Below are positions 1 through 14,011 of a stretch of 64,000 nucleotides of DNA, in pieces. The notes under the pieces were generated by a model, which saw only the letters and a program-made list of their open reading frames with translations, was not told the DNA's origin and ran no database searches. Numbering within the stretch: the stretch's first letter is position 1; every line of letters starts with the position of its first letter. The DNA is from Azolla caroliniana. Taxonomy: Eukaryota > Plantae > Polypodiophyta. The stretch lies in the NCBI GenBank assembly GCA_043228905.1, contig JBHGNT010000016.1, forward strand, positions 14,694,001 to 14,758,000. The letters run 5' to 3'. The position numbers and the translations under genes were made by a program.

Positions 1-2020
1 TTCTTCCCCGATCAGTTGTAGTAGATCTACCGAACGATGTCGTCGATACGACCGCTCTTCCTTCGTCCACCGTGCGTGTCCTTCGATTGGACTCCTGGCC
101 ACTCCTCACGCTCACCGTCTTCAACTGGGTATTGTAGATCGTTCGTGTCGATCTCCGATTAGGCCGGGTTTGCCCTTGTCCGGATCGGTCTCCACCGATC
201 GCTTCTTGGCTTGGTTGGCCTTCGTCTGCATTCACATTTCCCCGAGTCGGGCTCGATCGATTGATTCTGGCTGGGTCGGCCCCCTTTTGGATCGGAATCC
301 TCCGATCGATTTTCGCCGAATCAGGTTTCGGCCGGGTCGGCCCCGGTCGATCGGCTCCCATGTGGATCTTCCTTCGTTCGGGTCGGAATCCCAGCCGGAT
401 CGTCTTCCGGTTCAACCGGTTCTCGACTCTTCCTTCCTTCCCACATGCAACCTCTCCATCGAACTCAACCGCAGCTTCATCCTTGGCCTCCACGTCGGCC
501 ATATCCTTCCCTCCGTGTATGCTCGCCTCGAGCCATATTGTCTCCTCTTCGCCACCTCCTTTATCTTCGGTCTTATGTCGACACACGGTCTCGACTGCCG
601 AAGTCTCCGGAACCAGTGTGAAGGAATCCCTTCGTTCATTTACATTTATCTTGTCTTCTTCATCGCCCTTCCGGTCGTCCTCTTTTTTGTCCACACATTC
701 TGTCTCTCCGGTCTCACGTTGACGCACGTGCACAACCGCCGAAGTCTCTAGAATAGGTGTGGGGATATCCTTTCTTCCTCGATCTTCTTCCTCTTTGTGT
801 TGGGCCTTTATCTTCCCGTCACCACCTTCCGTCTCTCCGGTCTCACGTTGGCACACGGGCGCAACCGCCGAAGTCTCTGGAACAATCGTGGAGAAAGTCT
901 TGACATGGCTATCCGTTGTCGACTCGTCCATAGCCACCTCCGACTCGATGTCGTTTGTCATGGCTACCTCCTCAATCTCTTCAGACTCAAACACTTTTTC
1001 TCCCTCGATCATGCAAACTTTTCTCATGCTTGCGCCGTCATCACCCGATGTTTCGTACACAATGCGTGTTCCGAAACATTTATCCTCCCTCGAAGTGGCG
1101 TTCGCCGTCCTCGAGTCATCGGCCTCCTCCTTCGCCGTCGTTTCTTTGTAAGACAAGAAGGTGACTTGTTTCACACCTTCTCTCTCGGTACCGTCATACC
1201 GAACCAGAGCCTTTGTATCGGCCACTTCATTAACCCGCATTTGTTGGGAGGTCTCTTCTTCCTCGATCACCATTCGCCTCGGTTTTGTCTCCCTTCTAAG
1301 CTTCATTTCTTTTGTTGGTGGCGCGTTGTTGCATCTCGTCCCTCTTCGATCGTCCCTCATGGGCCGTCTTGTTGTTGTCGATATTCTCGCTTGCCCCTTA
1401 TCGTGTAGTCGGCATACACTTTCCACTTTGCTCCAATCCTCGATGAGGCCATTTGCACCATCATCTTCTTCGAGTTTGAGGCCGATCGCCATCCTTTCCA
1501 TTCGATCGATTGACTTCACGAACATAAGGACCTTATCGACCCCCACCAATCTTTGTTCCCGCTCCGACAATTGAGAAAAATGATGCTCGAAGTCTACGAA
1601 TGCTTGTGTCGTACCTTGGTGGGTCTTCGCTGATGTCACCCATTGGTCGAAGTTGCGTCGATCTTGTCCCTTTAGTCTCTCATAGTCATATTCCTCCAAT
1701 AGAGCCTTCTCGAAAGTCGCCCACGAATCATGAGCTTCTAGAAGCTCTGTTACATCTTTGAAGATCGGTTGAGACACCACCCGACAAAAGTACTCTAGCC
1801 TCATAGCTTTGTCCACACCTCTTGAATCCATCTCCGCATTGTAGACTTTTAGGAAACTTTGGACTTCGGCACCGTTGAAATAGCTCATTCGTTCGACTAC
1901 CTTGTCGACGGCTTGTTGGGCTTCATTTCTTCTTTTCCCTTCTATCAGAAACTCCATCATCCTTTTTGACATTGCCTCCATGAGATATTCGACATCCATC
2001 TTCGTCCTCCCCTGTTGCTC

Positions 2021-2038
2021 TTCACGTCGGGTTCACCA
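2021..2038 (-). other. Primer-binding site complementary to tRNA-Trp 3' end
   Basis: TGGTGAACCCGACGTGAA is the reverse complement of the plant tRNA-Trp 3' end (TTCACGTCGGGTTCACCA); same 18-mer at 41000, 47413 and 54402. Confidence 0.85.
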
Positions 2039-2043
2039 AATGA

Positions 2044-2687
2044 TGTCGCGAAGATTCGCGCGTGCGTGTGCTACTCGAGCGACCACCGGGGTCTTGGACT
2101 GGGGAGGACGTTCGCGGAATTATGGACGCTAGATGACGATCAATGTAAGATTAGATGAAATTGGTTTACTTGAGAAGAAGAAAGATTGTACACTTGAGAA
2201 GTAGAAAAATATAAAGAAGATAAAGACAAATATAATTATATTGATGATAATGGTGTTGGTGATATCACATATTGAGCCCCCCTTACACAAGCCCAACTAG
2301 AGGCTTTTATAGGTCTTTCCATTCTCGTGACATGCACAAAACCATGGGCTAAAACCATGGTTTTGTGCACACGGTTTTGCTTATGTCATGCACAAACCAT
2401 AGGTTTAAAACCATGGTTTTGTGCACATGGTTTTCTATGGTTGTTTCGTCTATAATTTGTATATGAAAAGGAAATACATAAAATCTACACTATATGATAG
2501 TTGTCCTAGTGGTAAGGCGATTATCTTGTATCTTAGAGGTGCAAGGTTCAATCCTTGCTTGCACCCCTCTGTATGAACTCAAGTGCCACTAGGCTAGGTT
2601 TATTTGCTAAGTGCATGTGCAATGTTGCACATCCTTGGTTTATTCGTCTCACTCGGTTTCACACCGTAGCCGAAAATCGTCACGACA
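2044..2687 (-). repeat. 5' LTR containing RY-type palindromes, a TATA box and a tRNA-like module
   Basis: TG...CA termini; CTATAAAA on minus near 2305-2312; CATGCACAAAACCATGG...TTTTGTGCAC palindromes 2330-2430. Confidence 0.8.
2497..2565 (+). promoter_or_regulatory. tRNA-like Pol III A/B-box module, antisense to its LTR
   Basis: A box TGTCCTAGTGGT (GG at 2511); T-arm GCAAGG-TTCAAT-CCTTGC (T at 2547); 36-nt GG-to-TTC spacing as in tRNA. Confidence 0.7.
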
Positions 2688-5600
2688 ACGTCAAGATAGA
2701 TCAGCATTTCTTCGTGCCGGAGACTTCCTCGCACCCGATAATTCTTGGCGAACCGTACATTACGGCAGCGCGCATGGAGACGAAAGTACTGGACAACGGT
2801 TCGGCGTATGCGCGCGTCAAGAACCAAGACAGTCGGCATTCCGTCCAATTCATGACAATACGACCCAACCACGAGCGAAATCGCAAGACCCTCGGCGGCG
2901 AAAGCCGAGGGGATTTTTAGAGAGGGCTATCAAGGCGTGGGGCCGCGATAGTCCGGACACCCTGGAAAAACCCCACAGATGTACTATAGGCAAAAACACC
3001 TGTACCATAGGTAGAAAATTTTGGTTCTCCGATAGCGATGGTTGTATGATAGATGGCGTAATTGGCCGGGAAAAGAAGCGGACGGAGGAGCGGCTTCGGG
3101 CGTGTGGAGTCCTCAACCCTGAAGAGGAAATCAACGGAGCCATGGAGGCGGTCTCTTTCGACGACACCTTGGGGAAGTTATGGGAGGTGTTCGGAGAAGG
3201 CCTTAATGAGGACCAGACGATTCCGGTATGTTCGGAAAACATGTACGAAGTCATTGCCGACTTCGGTAGTGGACTCGAGTCGGATCGGACGGCCCAAGTG
3301 GATACGAAGTACAAGACTGTGGACCGGAAGGTGAGGCCAGTCGCAGAACCCTTGCCGGAGGGCAGCGAGTTACGGATAAAGGGGGTTGCGTCAAACCCAA
3401 GTTTACAAGATCCGGCCAGCATAAGACACACGTTCACCGACGTAGCACTAAGGGAGCTCAAGATCGGTGCGGGTGGCTTTCTACTGCCGGCGGAAGAGGA
3501 CCGGTTTCGGAGAATGCTCGGGAGGCACGGGAAGGCTTTCGCATTCTCACTAGATGAGATCGGGTGCGTCGACCTGAAGGTTGTGGAATCAATGGTGATC
3601 TTCATAGTACCGCATGTGTCGTGGAGTCTCAAACCGATTCCAGTACCTAGAGCTCACATCCCGAAGCTGATGGAGCTACTGAAACAGAAGGTGGAGATGG
3701 GCATCCTCGAACCGTCGAGTGCCCCATATTCGAATCGGTGGTTTACCATGCCGAAGAAGAACGGCACACTGCGCTTCATACAGGACCTACATACAGTCAA
3801 CAAGGTGACCATTCGAAACGCAGGTATCGGACCGACCATCGATGAGTTCGCGGAGGCCTTCACAAGGAGGTCGATCTACTCGATCGGGGACCTGTACTCA
3901 AGCTACGATCAGTTCCAGCTAGCCATAGATAGCAGGGATGTCACAACGATGCAGACTCCTCTCGGCCTAGTTCGGATGTGTACCTTGCCGCAAGGAGGAA
4001 CGAACTCGGTGGCGCACATGGTGAATGCGATGAACAAGGTGTTGCGGGACTGCATCCCGGACATCACCATGCCGTTTCTGGACGACATCCCGATCAAAGG
4101 ATATCCAGTGGAGGACAAGGATGAGTCTGTTGGGCCCGACGGTTGCCGGAGGTTCGTGACGGATCACATCTGCAAGAAGGTGCTACAAAGTCTCGAGAGC
4201 GCGCGACTCACCTTATCCGGAGAAAAATCAGCATTTGGATATCTGGAGATCCTGATAGTCGGACACCTGTGCGGGCCCTATGGCCGGAAACCGTCCCCGG
4301 CAAAGGTAGAAGCCATCTCCGTGATGAAGGATGATTGCGGGTCGGTTATGGAGGTCCACAGATTCTTGGGTGCATGCGCGTTCTACCACATCTGAATTCC
4401 GCACTACACACATGTCGCGGAACCACTCTACGGGCTATTGAAGAAAGGGTGTAGGTTCGAGTGGAGGACGGAGCACATGGAGTCGGTCCGGAGGCTGAAG
4501 GAGGCGCTTGCTGCGGCACCGGCTCTCCGGAAAGCGGTTTATGGCAAGTCCCCATCTACGTGACTGTGGACACGAGCCCGACCGGGATCAGGTGGGTGAT
4601 CAGTCAGGACGACAAGGACGGCGTACGGTTCCCGATCTGTTTCGGGGTGAAGGTATTGAGCGAGTGGCAGCGAGGATACGCCCAAGTTAAACGCGAGTTG
4701 TGGGGTATCGTTTCGGCAGTAAAGGCCGACAAGGACTATCTGATCGAGACGGAAGTGATCATCGAGACAGACTGCCAACCGATTCTAGGTATGGTCTCCG
4801 GATGCGCGACTCCGAACCTGGCGATGCTTAGGTGGATCGGGTACATCAAGTCCCTGAACCCGGAGATACGACACATCTCCGGGAAAGATAATGCCATGGC
4901 CAATATGCTTTCAAGGGCGCGGTTCAGTGACGAGGACGGCATGGTTTCGGATAACGAGGAAGTCGGCGAGGATTTCTTCGGGTCAGCCAACCTAGCAACA
5001 GGGAAGGGGAGCACTCCGGCGCTTAACGAATTCGACGAGAGCAAGTACGACGGGGAGTGGCTCCAGATCGGCGGGTTCCTAAAGGCAATGACACCGGACA
5101 CGGAATGAACGAAGGAAGAGGCCAACTGGATTCGGAAGAAAGCGTACCGATTCTTTCTACGGGACGGGAGCATATGGAAGCACCCGAAGAAGAGAGACGG
5201 CATCCCGCTCCGAGTGGTGGCGAAGAAAGAGGAATAGGAAGAATTGATGATGGTGTACCACGAGAGTTCCTAGGCTGGACACCGCGGGACGTGGGACACA
5301 TTCGAGAAGCTAAAGGGGAAGTATTGGTGGCCGGAACTATACCGAGACGTGCATCGGTTCGTGACGACTTGCGAAAGCTGTCAGGTGCACTCCATAGTCC
5401 GACATCGGGACGAGCTCCACCCGACCTACCCTCCGACCGTCCACTTCAAGTGGATGGTGGATCTTGTGACGATGCCGATGGGGGTAGGGTGGATGCGGTA
5501 TTTGGTGCTGGCACGGGAGGACCTGATGAACCAGGTGGAAGGCCGAGCGTTGTAGAGGAAAACGACCGCCGTCGAGCGCCAATTTCTAATCGAAGAAGTG

Positions 5601-6370
5601 GTATGCCGGTACGGGTGCGTAGGTAAGATCGTGGTCGACCGTAGGGAATTGGATGCACAAGAGGCGGAAGAGTTGTTTGACCGGCTAGGAATTAAACTCT
5701 CGCTCACCACGGCGTACAATCCGGAGGCTAACGGGAAGGTGGAGCGCGGACATGGGCCAATCATCAAAGCGTTGGTACGGGCGTGGGGAGGCCATGTCGG
5801 GAACTGGCCGCGGCTCTTTCCCTATGCGTTGTGGGCGGACCGAACTACGCACAGTTCAGTAACCGGGTTTATGCCGGCAGAGCTAATGTACAGGCAGAAG
5901 CCGATCATGCCAACGGAGCAGACAATCTCCTCATGGGCCACGGTGTAATGGAACAACGAGATGAGCTGGGAGGAGCTGTTAGCGGCACCGATTCGGCAGC
6001 TGGAACGAAGACCGGAGGACGTGGACCGAGCCACGGAGAAGCTACGGGTGGCGAGGGTAATGAACAAAGGACGGTTTGACCGGACTCACCAACTGAGACT
6101 GAAGAAGATCGAGGAAGGCGACTGGGTTCTGGTGTATGACAGCAGCCTCGACAACCAACACCAGGCAACGCGGAAGTTTGGAAGAAGGTGGTTCAAGCGC
6201 CAACAACAATGGGACCTACCATCTTGCAGAGCCTGACGGGACAAGGATGGCGGTACCGGTGGCGGGGAAAAGGATCAAAGCATTCAAAAAGTGGCACGAG
6301 GATGAACCAGACCCGGACGACCTGGATAGCGACAACGACCGGCTCGGACGGATGCCGATCCGGAAGATGA
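2688..6370 (+). pseudogene. pol: Disrupted PR/RT/RH/IN polyprotein
   Basis: ORFs 2555-2920, 2611-4395, 4461-5108, 5349-5555, 5598-5948 and 5961-6236 carry successive domains broken by stops and frameshifts. Confidence 0.85.
2911..2963 (+). other. Putative -1 ribosomal frameshift signal between protease and RT
   Basis: G_GAT_TTT just before the TAG of the PR frame; RT frame is -1; 6-nt spacer, then stem GGGCTATC (2924-2931)/GATAGTCC (2947-2954). Confidence 0.65.
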
Positions 6371-6451
6371 AGGATAAGCGTGGGCCGGTCTTCTTCGGCA
6401 AGAGGCTAATTTTGGTGCATACCGGTAGATGCGCGGTTAGGTGGGGGCGGA

Positions 6452-7103
6452 TGTCGTGGAGAAAACCATCCCTAGGCGGAAACCGGGTATAACATGCGTA
6501 AACTGACCCTTACACGTGGGCACAAGTTTTGTTGTATAGTACGTAAGTAGGTACAAGTCGCTTGAGGCGAAATCCTAGGTAGTACGCGTTCGGTAGGGAG
6601 GAAATCGAGGCGTATCCCTATCCGAAAGGACAGGGAATAAACATGATGTAACGAGTGGTAATAGCCTCCCTCCTTGGGTTATAAAAGAGAGGGAGAAGTG
6701 AGAGAAAGATATCGCGTCTTGGGGAGTGAGGAGGAAGTGTTGTCGAACCGGGACCGAGCTCTCTCCTCCATTGTTCGACTTTCTCTGCAGGATTTCGAAC
6801 TGTGTAGCCTCTGCTTTGTGGACAACCCGTGTGCTTCCGGCAGAGGCTCCACTGTGCAGTCGGGCTGTGTGCATGCGTGAGCATCGTGTGTGTGTGTGTG
6901 TGTGTCCGCCTGAGTTGGGTCCGTCGCCAGCTTGCCAGCTGTAATCGTTGTCGATTGTAATTAAGACTTTGTTCTTTTTCTCTTTCCTCCTCTGTGTTTC
7001 TGCAAGTTGCTCTCTCTCTCTCTCCCCTCTATCTCACGCCCCTTGGTTCAAGGCCCCCGCGGTCCCACCTCTTTTTGAACGCGAAGAGCGTAACAACACG
7101 ACA
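6452..7103 (+). repeat. 3' LTR of the Phygy-like element
   Basis: TGTCGTGG...CACGACA; TATAAAA near 6680; similar to solo LTR 40322-40971; followed by ACGC. Confidence 0.85.
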
Positions 7104-10100
7104 ACGCGTTCTATCTTGAGCTGTTTTTATATTATCTCGTGCAATATGCAACATATCCTACATATCCCGAAGAAAGTTTTGCGTACTTCGCAACTCATCA
7201 TGATGTATATTAATATCAATCGGGGCTCGTGGCTGAAAACCATACATCAGCATAAAAGGACTATATCCCGTCGACGTATGCTTGGAGCTGTTATAAGCAA
7301 ACTCCAAAATTGGGAGATAACGTTCCCATTTTTTTGGTTTTGCACCAACGTATGATCGAAGCATGTCCTCAAGAATTTGATTTCCTCGTTCTGTTTGTCC
7401 ATCTGATTGAGGATGATCCGTGGAGCTCATGCTCAACGTAATTTCTAACTTCTTAAAGACTTGTGTCCAAAAGTCACTAGTAAATTTTGGATCTCGATCA
7501 CTCACAATATCCATCGGTAACCCATAAAAACGAAATAACTCATCAACGAATTGGTAAGCCAATTCAGGAGTTGTTACCATGGTTTTAGTAACAATAAATC
7601 TGGCCATTTTAGTTAGTCTATCAACAACAAACCAGATGGCATCGTGGCCTTTTTGGGTGCGAGGAAGGCTAACAATAAAATCCATGGATATACTTTCCCA
7701 CTTATTATTGGGAATGTCCAAGGGATGTAAAAGTCTTACGGCTTTAAGTCGCTCAGCTTTGTTAACCTGACATTGGTGACATTTAGTCACATAGCTATGT
7801 ATGTCAGGGCGCATCTTAGGCCAATAGAATTGAGTGGAGATGAGAACAAGTGTGCAATGTATTCCAGGGTGCCTTGCTAAGGGTGCATCATGGCATTCAA
7901 AAAGAATCCTCTTTTTGACCTTGGGTAAATCCGGAACACAAACCTTCCCATTAGGGTAGAGCTAACCGTTAGCAATGTGGAAGTATTCCTTCGAGGATGT
8001 GGTGGTGTCTGTTCCAGACTCAAGTCTTGCCCAACCAATAGAATTGAGTGGAGATGAGAACGAGTGTGCAATGTATTCCAGGGTGCCCTACTAAGGGTGC
8101 ATCATGGCATTCAAAAAGAATTCTCTTTTTGACCTCGAGTAAATCTGGAACACAAACCTTCCCATTACGGTAGAGCTGACCGTTAGTAATGTGGAAGTAT
8201 TCCTTCGAGGATGTGGTGGTGTCTGTTCCAGACTCAAGTCTTGCCCAATATTTTGCAAAATAACTGTCATTAGGATACTTTCCTCAAAGGTGATCATAAA
8301 GATTTGATGATATTTCAATGAAACTAAGTATGTTAACTTCATGGATGCGACTTAGTGCATCAGCGACAGTGTTCATGGAACCTTTACGATATCGTATGGA
8401 AAAATCAAAGTCCCGGATGAGATCAGCCCATTGTGCCTTACGACCTTTCAGGTCTTGTTGGTCACAAAAATATTTCAAGGACTCGTGGTTCGTAGTTACC
8501 ACAAAGCAATTTCCATAAAGATAATGGTGCCATGTTTTGAGCGCATGTATAACTCCAAATAATTCCTTTTCTTGAACGGTATACCGACATTGAGAAGAGT
8601 CAAGTTTCCTACTCTTGAATGCTATTGGTTTACCATCTTGATATAAGACAACACCTATAGCATAATCGCTTGCATCGGTTTCAACCTCAAAAGGTTTTGA
8701 AGGATCGGGTAAAAGAAGTGAAGGAGCCTTGCACACCTGGTCCTTGAGTTCCTTGAAGGCGAGGTCTAGTGTAGCATTCCAGACAATAGGTTTTGTAGAC
8801 TTAGGCATTTGACCTTTTAGAAGATCAGTAAACGCCATCGTCAATTGGGAGTAATTACGAAGGGACTTTCGCAAAAACCCGACAAAACCAAGGAATGATC
8901 GAACTTCTCGAATGTTCCGAAGAGTGGGCCAAAGCTTGATTTTCTCGATGCGAGAAGGATCAATTTCAACTCCTCGTTCGGTTATGAGATGTCCAAGATA
9001 AGTAATTGATTTCTTGAAGAACTCACATTTTGAGATCTTCGAATAAAACTGTTTGTCACGCAATGTTTGTAAAACAAAGCGGACATGTTTAGCATGTTCA
9101 TGTAATGTATGGCTATAAACTAAAATATCATCCAAGAAAATAACGACAACTTTTCCAAGTTGTTCTCGGAAAATGTCATTCATTTCTTGTTGAAATGTAG
9201 CCGGAGCATTGGTCTAACCAAAAGGCATAACCAAAAACTCATACTAGCCATAGCGCATACGAAATGCCATTTTAGGAACATCGTCCTCACTTATACGTAA
9301 TTGATGGTAGCCAGTACAGAGATCAAGTTTCGTAAAATACCGAGCTCCCTGGAGACGGTCAATTAGATCGTCAGCCCGGGGCAATGGATACGAATTCTTG
9401 ATCGTCACTTTATTCAAGCGTCGGTAATTAATGCACATACGCCATGTGCCCTCTTTCTTTTTAACCAAGAGAACTGGTGCACCCCATGGAGATTTACTAT
9501 AACGTATATAACGCATTCGTAAATAGTCCTTGAGTTGCTTAGATACCTCATCCTCTTTGGATCGACTTAAGCAATAAGGAGGTATACTTATTGGTGCAAC
9601 GCCTGGTACAATATCTATACGATGGTCTATATTACGTTTAGGAGGTAACCCATCTGGTAGGTCACTCGGAAAAACATCACGAAACTCATTTAAGATTTCA
9701 TCAAGTTGTTGTTGTTCAAAATATGTTAATTGAACCGAGACATTATCGATATTGTAAACGTGAATGTCCGGATCAAGTACACAATAAAATAGAGTAGAAC
9801 AAGACAACTCGGATATTGGTGGAGAGGAAATAATCGAGAGGGATTGGTTTTTTACACATTGAATAAAATGAGTACAATCATTCAGTACAAAGGAAATGGA
9901 ATGATGAACCCAATTGATAGATAAAGAAGAGTTTTTTATTATAGAACCAAGGATAACCCAATATTACATCAGTGGTACAAAGATTCATTACATGGAAGCC
10001 TACTTCCTCTATGTAAGTATCAATAGAAATTCCTAATGAATGAATCACCCCGTTGATGTATTGTACTCTTCCATCAGTCAAGTGCACCGTATAGGTGTGA

Positions 10101-13100
10101 TCACTTACGTTGGGTTGGATTCCCCATATCTGAACCAAACGATCATTCACAAAATTGTGTGAGCTTCCCGGATCAAACAAAAATTGTACAGGAGATCCAT
10201 TGATATACCCGTTTGCACGTAGTAAATCATTGGGACCGAATACATTGTGAGGGAAAGAACATTGACAATTACTTAAATGATACGTATAGAACTAAAGGAC
10301 ATTAGGAATCTAACCTTCATGGTCTGCAGCTTTAGCTTTGCTGTCATGCTCTTTCCGTTGGAGCTTTCGACATTGCTCTTTTGTATGACCCTTCTTTTTG
10401 TAGGATACGCAAAAAGGATGTTGTCGCTTACAATCGCAATCCATGAATTCATTGGGTGTCTTGCGTTTCCCAACGAATTGTGACTGCTTAGTCCCGGGCG
10501 CTTCGTTGGGTTTGTTGTAGCCCTTCTTCGAAGTGCGTAGATAGCAAAGAATTATTTCAACGGCCTCTTCGAAGGATTTTGGATCCTTATCGTGCACTAT
10601 CCAGTGATAGTCCGAATTGGGGATGCCATTGACAAAACAAGCTATTAACCAGTTGTCCCCTTCTAGACCCGATTTTTGGATTTGGGTTCTAGCATGGTGG
10701 ACATAGTCTTCTAGAGAGGAAAATTTCCGACTAGAGAGGTTCATTAAAGCTTGTGCTGCCTCGGTTCGAGAGGGAGGTTGCAGAAATTGGCCCTTGAAAA
10801 CTGTGACAAAATCTCTCCAAGTATTGGGCAATTTCCCCAAAGTACGGAGTCCACGCCACCAGGCGGCGGCCTTACCCCCTAGTTCTCGGCCGACATATGC
10901 AATCTTCGTATTATATGGCGTGGGATAGAGCTCAAAATGAGACTCCCATCAGCACAGCCACGTGCAGATTGCTTATTCGGTTCTTTCATTTTTGTCTCCC
11001 GTAAATGGCTTAACGACAAACGATGGTTCACCCTGTCGCTCATCAGGTCTATTAGTCTCACGTTGTAGAGTAATGACACGTGCCTCGACAGCACTTTGAG
11101 ATTGCCGAAGTTTGGTCATCTGTTGAGCGGTGAAACTAAGGTATTGGGTTATTTGCGAAAAATACATCTCAATGGACATTTGTCCAAGAGGATTTCCTTG
11201 AGTTCCTTCCGCTTGAGCAGATGACATTAGGTCGTTATTTTGAGCCATTGAATGATTATTTCTGGCAAAGAAATAGGATAAGGTCAGAAAAATAGTCATA
11301 ACATCATGTCGTGATGTAAACATATCATGGGCAAACATTAATCGATATCATGATCTCACGTCAATACCCCTCTAGATGTATGAGATGAGGTTCAAGATCA
11401 GGTTACTATGGTAACACAAAGGTGTTTTAAAAACCATGGGGGTGACAAATTAATGTCTTTCCCTGATCTCTATATCGATTTTTTCATGGTGGCTCCCCAA
11501 GGCTCAACCATGTATGTTCGCGTCATGAGTAGTTTATACACACAAAAAAATGTTAATAATAAACTATGTTTCTGTGCCCACATATGTGGTTTCGGCTCTT
11601 TAAGTCCTATTACGAGGACCCCGAAGTGCACTTAGACCTCAAGTCTAAACATGTGTTATAGTCATATGTATCAACGATGTTGTATGGTCTTGGTTATATT
11701 TGAACTCGAGACCTCGAAAACAAATGCATTAAACACTTGAGCCAACCAAGTAGGTTGCTCTTCTTGAATGTTTAATGTTTTATGCATAGAGATATGCGAG
11801 CCATTTGCCCATATATGTTTTTTTAAAAGAAACATATATGTCAAGAGTCCTTATTTGCCCCTCGTTTACTACAAAATATGTTGGTCCATTACCTAACCTC
11901 AAGTCTCGTAATTACGATGGCATATGCCAAAGTGCAACCTAATGGTCAAGCCAAATGAACCCTCTTTTCATAGTAGGCCCACGTGGCCCATCACATGGTT
12001 ACGTCATTACTAATGCCTTTCGTAAGAATGATCTCATGGTGGCATCGTATCCATGTAACGAGGGCGGGATGTTGGATATGTGTGTCATAGGAGCAACCTC
12101 ACATGAAGTGGGTTAAGCCCTACGTACTCAACACCATTGTGGCTATGATTGTTTCATTACGTAACAAAATATCGAAGTGACCAACAGGGATGTCAACAAA
12201 AAATTGTTGAAAAAAGGATGGTGACAACGCCATTCTCACAAAAATGTGAGGACAGCCACCAAGATCCTTTCCCCGAAAAGGAAAACATTCGATATAAAGA
12301 TTGCGTAATCTCAAATATACACATATGTTTATTTATCACATATATACGATGAAATACGTATACACGTGACCACATATGCGTATAATTAAAAAAAATCGTA
12401 ACATCAAATAGCCAACATATAATGAAATCGAGACACGTAATCGAGGCATGTAGCCTCTACACACACGAAACATCCAAAAATAAGGGTTAATCATAATACA
12501 CAATTGAGGTATTGACCTCATATGCATACGACATCAAACGCATATCATTTACTTCGAAATCATACACATATGAGGTAAAGATATGTCAAATGAGGTATTG
12601 ACCTCATACACATATGTAAACGTTTTATACAACCAATTAATTACCACTACAACATCATTGAATTAATGAAAACAATTACATATAGACTATACACATGATT
12701 AGATGGGAGAAGAAAAAATAGAAAAAAAAGGAAAGAGTTACCGAAGTTCCTTTGTTGATCGTTGTCTGGATCAAGGCCGACCGCACATCGATCGATCACC
12801 ATCAATCAACAAAACAAAAGACAACAAAAGAAACATTAGCACATGAGCTCGGATACCAACTATTAGAGACATGAACTCATGTAAGCATTAGATAAGGATA
12901 GAATATAGATAAATATCTTATAGAAAGGAGAGAGAGAAAGAAGGGTGTCGATCCACCTGACCACCCCCAAGCGAAGGGATCGAGACGGACTCGAGCCTCG
13001 ATCGGCATCCCATACCACCGTCATGGCGTCGAGTCGTACCTAGTGTTGGCGCGCTCGCTACAAGAGTTGACCCACCACAAGACAAAGTCTCGACGTAGTC

Positions 13101-13320
13101 AACAAGATGATGAAATGAGGGTAGCTAGGCCTCTTATTTATAGCGATACCCAAGGCCCCCAGGCAAGTTCACACTTGGCCTAATGGGTTGTCTCAATCCC
13201 GAGGATTAAAAGTAATCCTCCCCATCTTTACACTCTCGTTTAACCCTCACACTTATCCACGTGTATAGAATGCTACGGTAAATTCTCACCACGAGATATT
13301 ATATGGTCATGCCCGTAACA
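7104..13320 (-). mobile_element. iMet-primed chromovirus-type Ty3/gypsy element, interrupted in integrase at 7104
   Basis: 5' LTR 12861-13320; PBS TGGTATCCGAGC 12847-12858; leader of about 1.5 kb; gag 10310-11338; PR (FDPGSSHNF) 9878-10180; RT (FLDDILVYS) and RH 8284-9807; IN (SMDFI, VSDRD, GQTER) 7158-7814. Confidence 0.8.
7822..8250. repeat. Tandem duplication of about 213 bp in the RH-IN linker
   Basis: CCAATAGAATTGAGTGGAGATGAGAAC...CCAGGGTGCC at 7822 and about 8035; ORFs 7877 and 8091 share the peptide GQDLSLEQTPPHPRR. Confidence 0.85.
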
Positions 13321-13965
13321 GAGGATGTCTACTAGAGAGAAAATGATTGACATGCAAGCAAAGCCAAAGACAGATCAAAGATCCATCAAGGAGCTCGAGA
13401 GCTAGAACAAGCTTGAAGCATATCGACGAGAATTGGAATCAGATATGAGTCGATTCGAGCAAACAAGTCGACTCAGAGGTAAATTGATCCAAACAAGTTG
13501 ATCCAACCGACTCGAACAACACACAATCCAGAAGATCGGCTGAATTATGCTAGACACCGACCTTACCTTTGTTGGTTCGGCCAAATGCTGACAGTCTTGT
13601 ATGTATACTTGTAACTATAGATTATATTTGTAATCTAAGTTCACGGGGGAGATAACCCCAATTATTAGTATACATAGAAAAGAGTAGCCCTTTTACAAGG
13701 GAGTTTGTTGGCATAAAAGGCTGACTCCTTCCACTTTGTATCCTTAGTGTGGACACATTCTCTAGTTAGGGCTAGAGTATGTAAGCTCAAGCCTAACATT
13801 GTAAAGAATTATCTTGGAGTGAAAAAGGTTGCAAAGAAGAGAATAAGAGAAAACTTCCATTAAAGCTTAATCTGTGTGTTAAGAATTAGGTAAGTAATTA
13901 AGCAAGGGTTAATTAGTACCTAATTATGTGATTAGTTGATAAGCAGAAGATTAAGTGATATGTGT

Positions 13966-14011
<46 letters not shown>

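Larger units (their letters stand above)
1..2687 (-). mobile_element. tRNA-Trp-primed, apparently gag-only Ty3 LTR element (5' part; continues beyond left window edge)
   Basis: 5' LTR 2044-2687 (TGTCGTG...CGCGACA on minus), PBS 2021-2038, then a degenerate gag-like frame from ATG 1999 (EAQQAVDKVVERMSYFNG) homologous to ORF 47446; flanked by ACGT at 2688-2691. Confidence 0.8.
2688..7103 (+). mobile_element. Phygy/Selgy-like Ty3/gypsy retrotransposon, pol-encoding (3' part)
   Basis: Protease C-terminus (IILGEPY), RT (LPQGGTNS...FLDDIPIKG), RNase H (VDTSPTG...ETDC), integrase (CESCQ, MVDLV, VVDR, NGKVERG); PPT GGTGGGGGCGGA 6440-6451; 3' LTR 6452-7103; 5' part displaced by the 1-2687 insertion. 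Confidence 0.85.

Noticed and set aside
170-1574. Long plus-strand Ser/Phe/Leu-rich ORFs
   Set aside because: Antisense shadows of a purine-rich, decayed gag extension; no domain motifs
2497-2565. tRNA-like modules as genuine tRNA genes
   Set aside because: No acceptor-stem or anticodon-stem pairing; only the boxes, spacing and sometimes the T-arm persist, and all lie inside LTRs
11340-12845. Long leader as an extra ORF or env-like gene
   Set aside because: Only short ORFs; consistent with a non-coding 5' UTR
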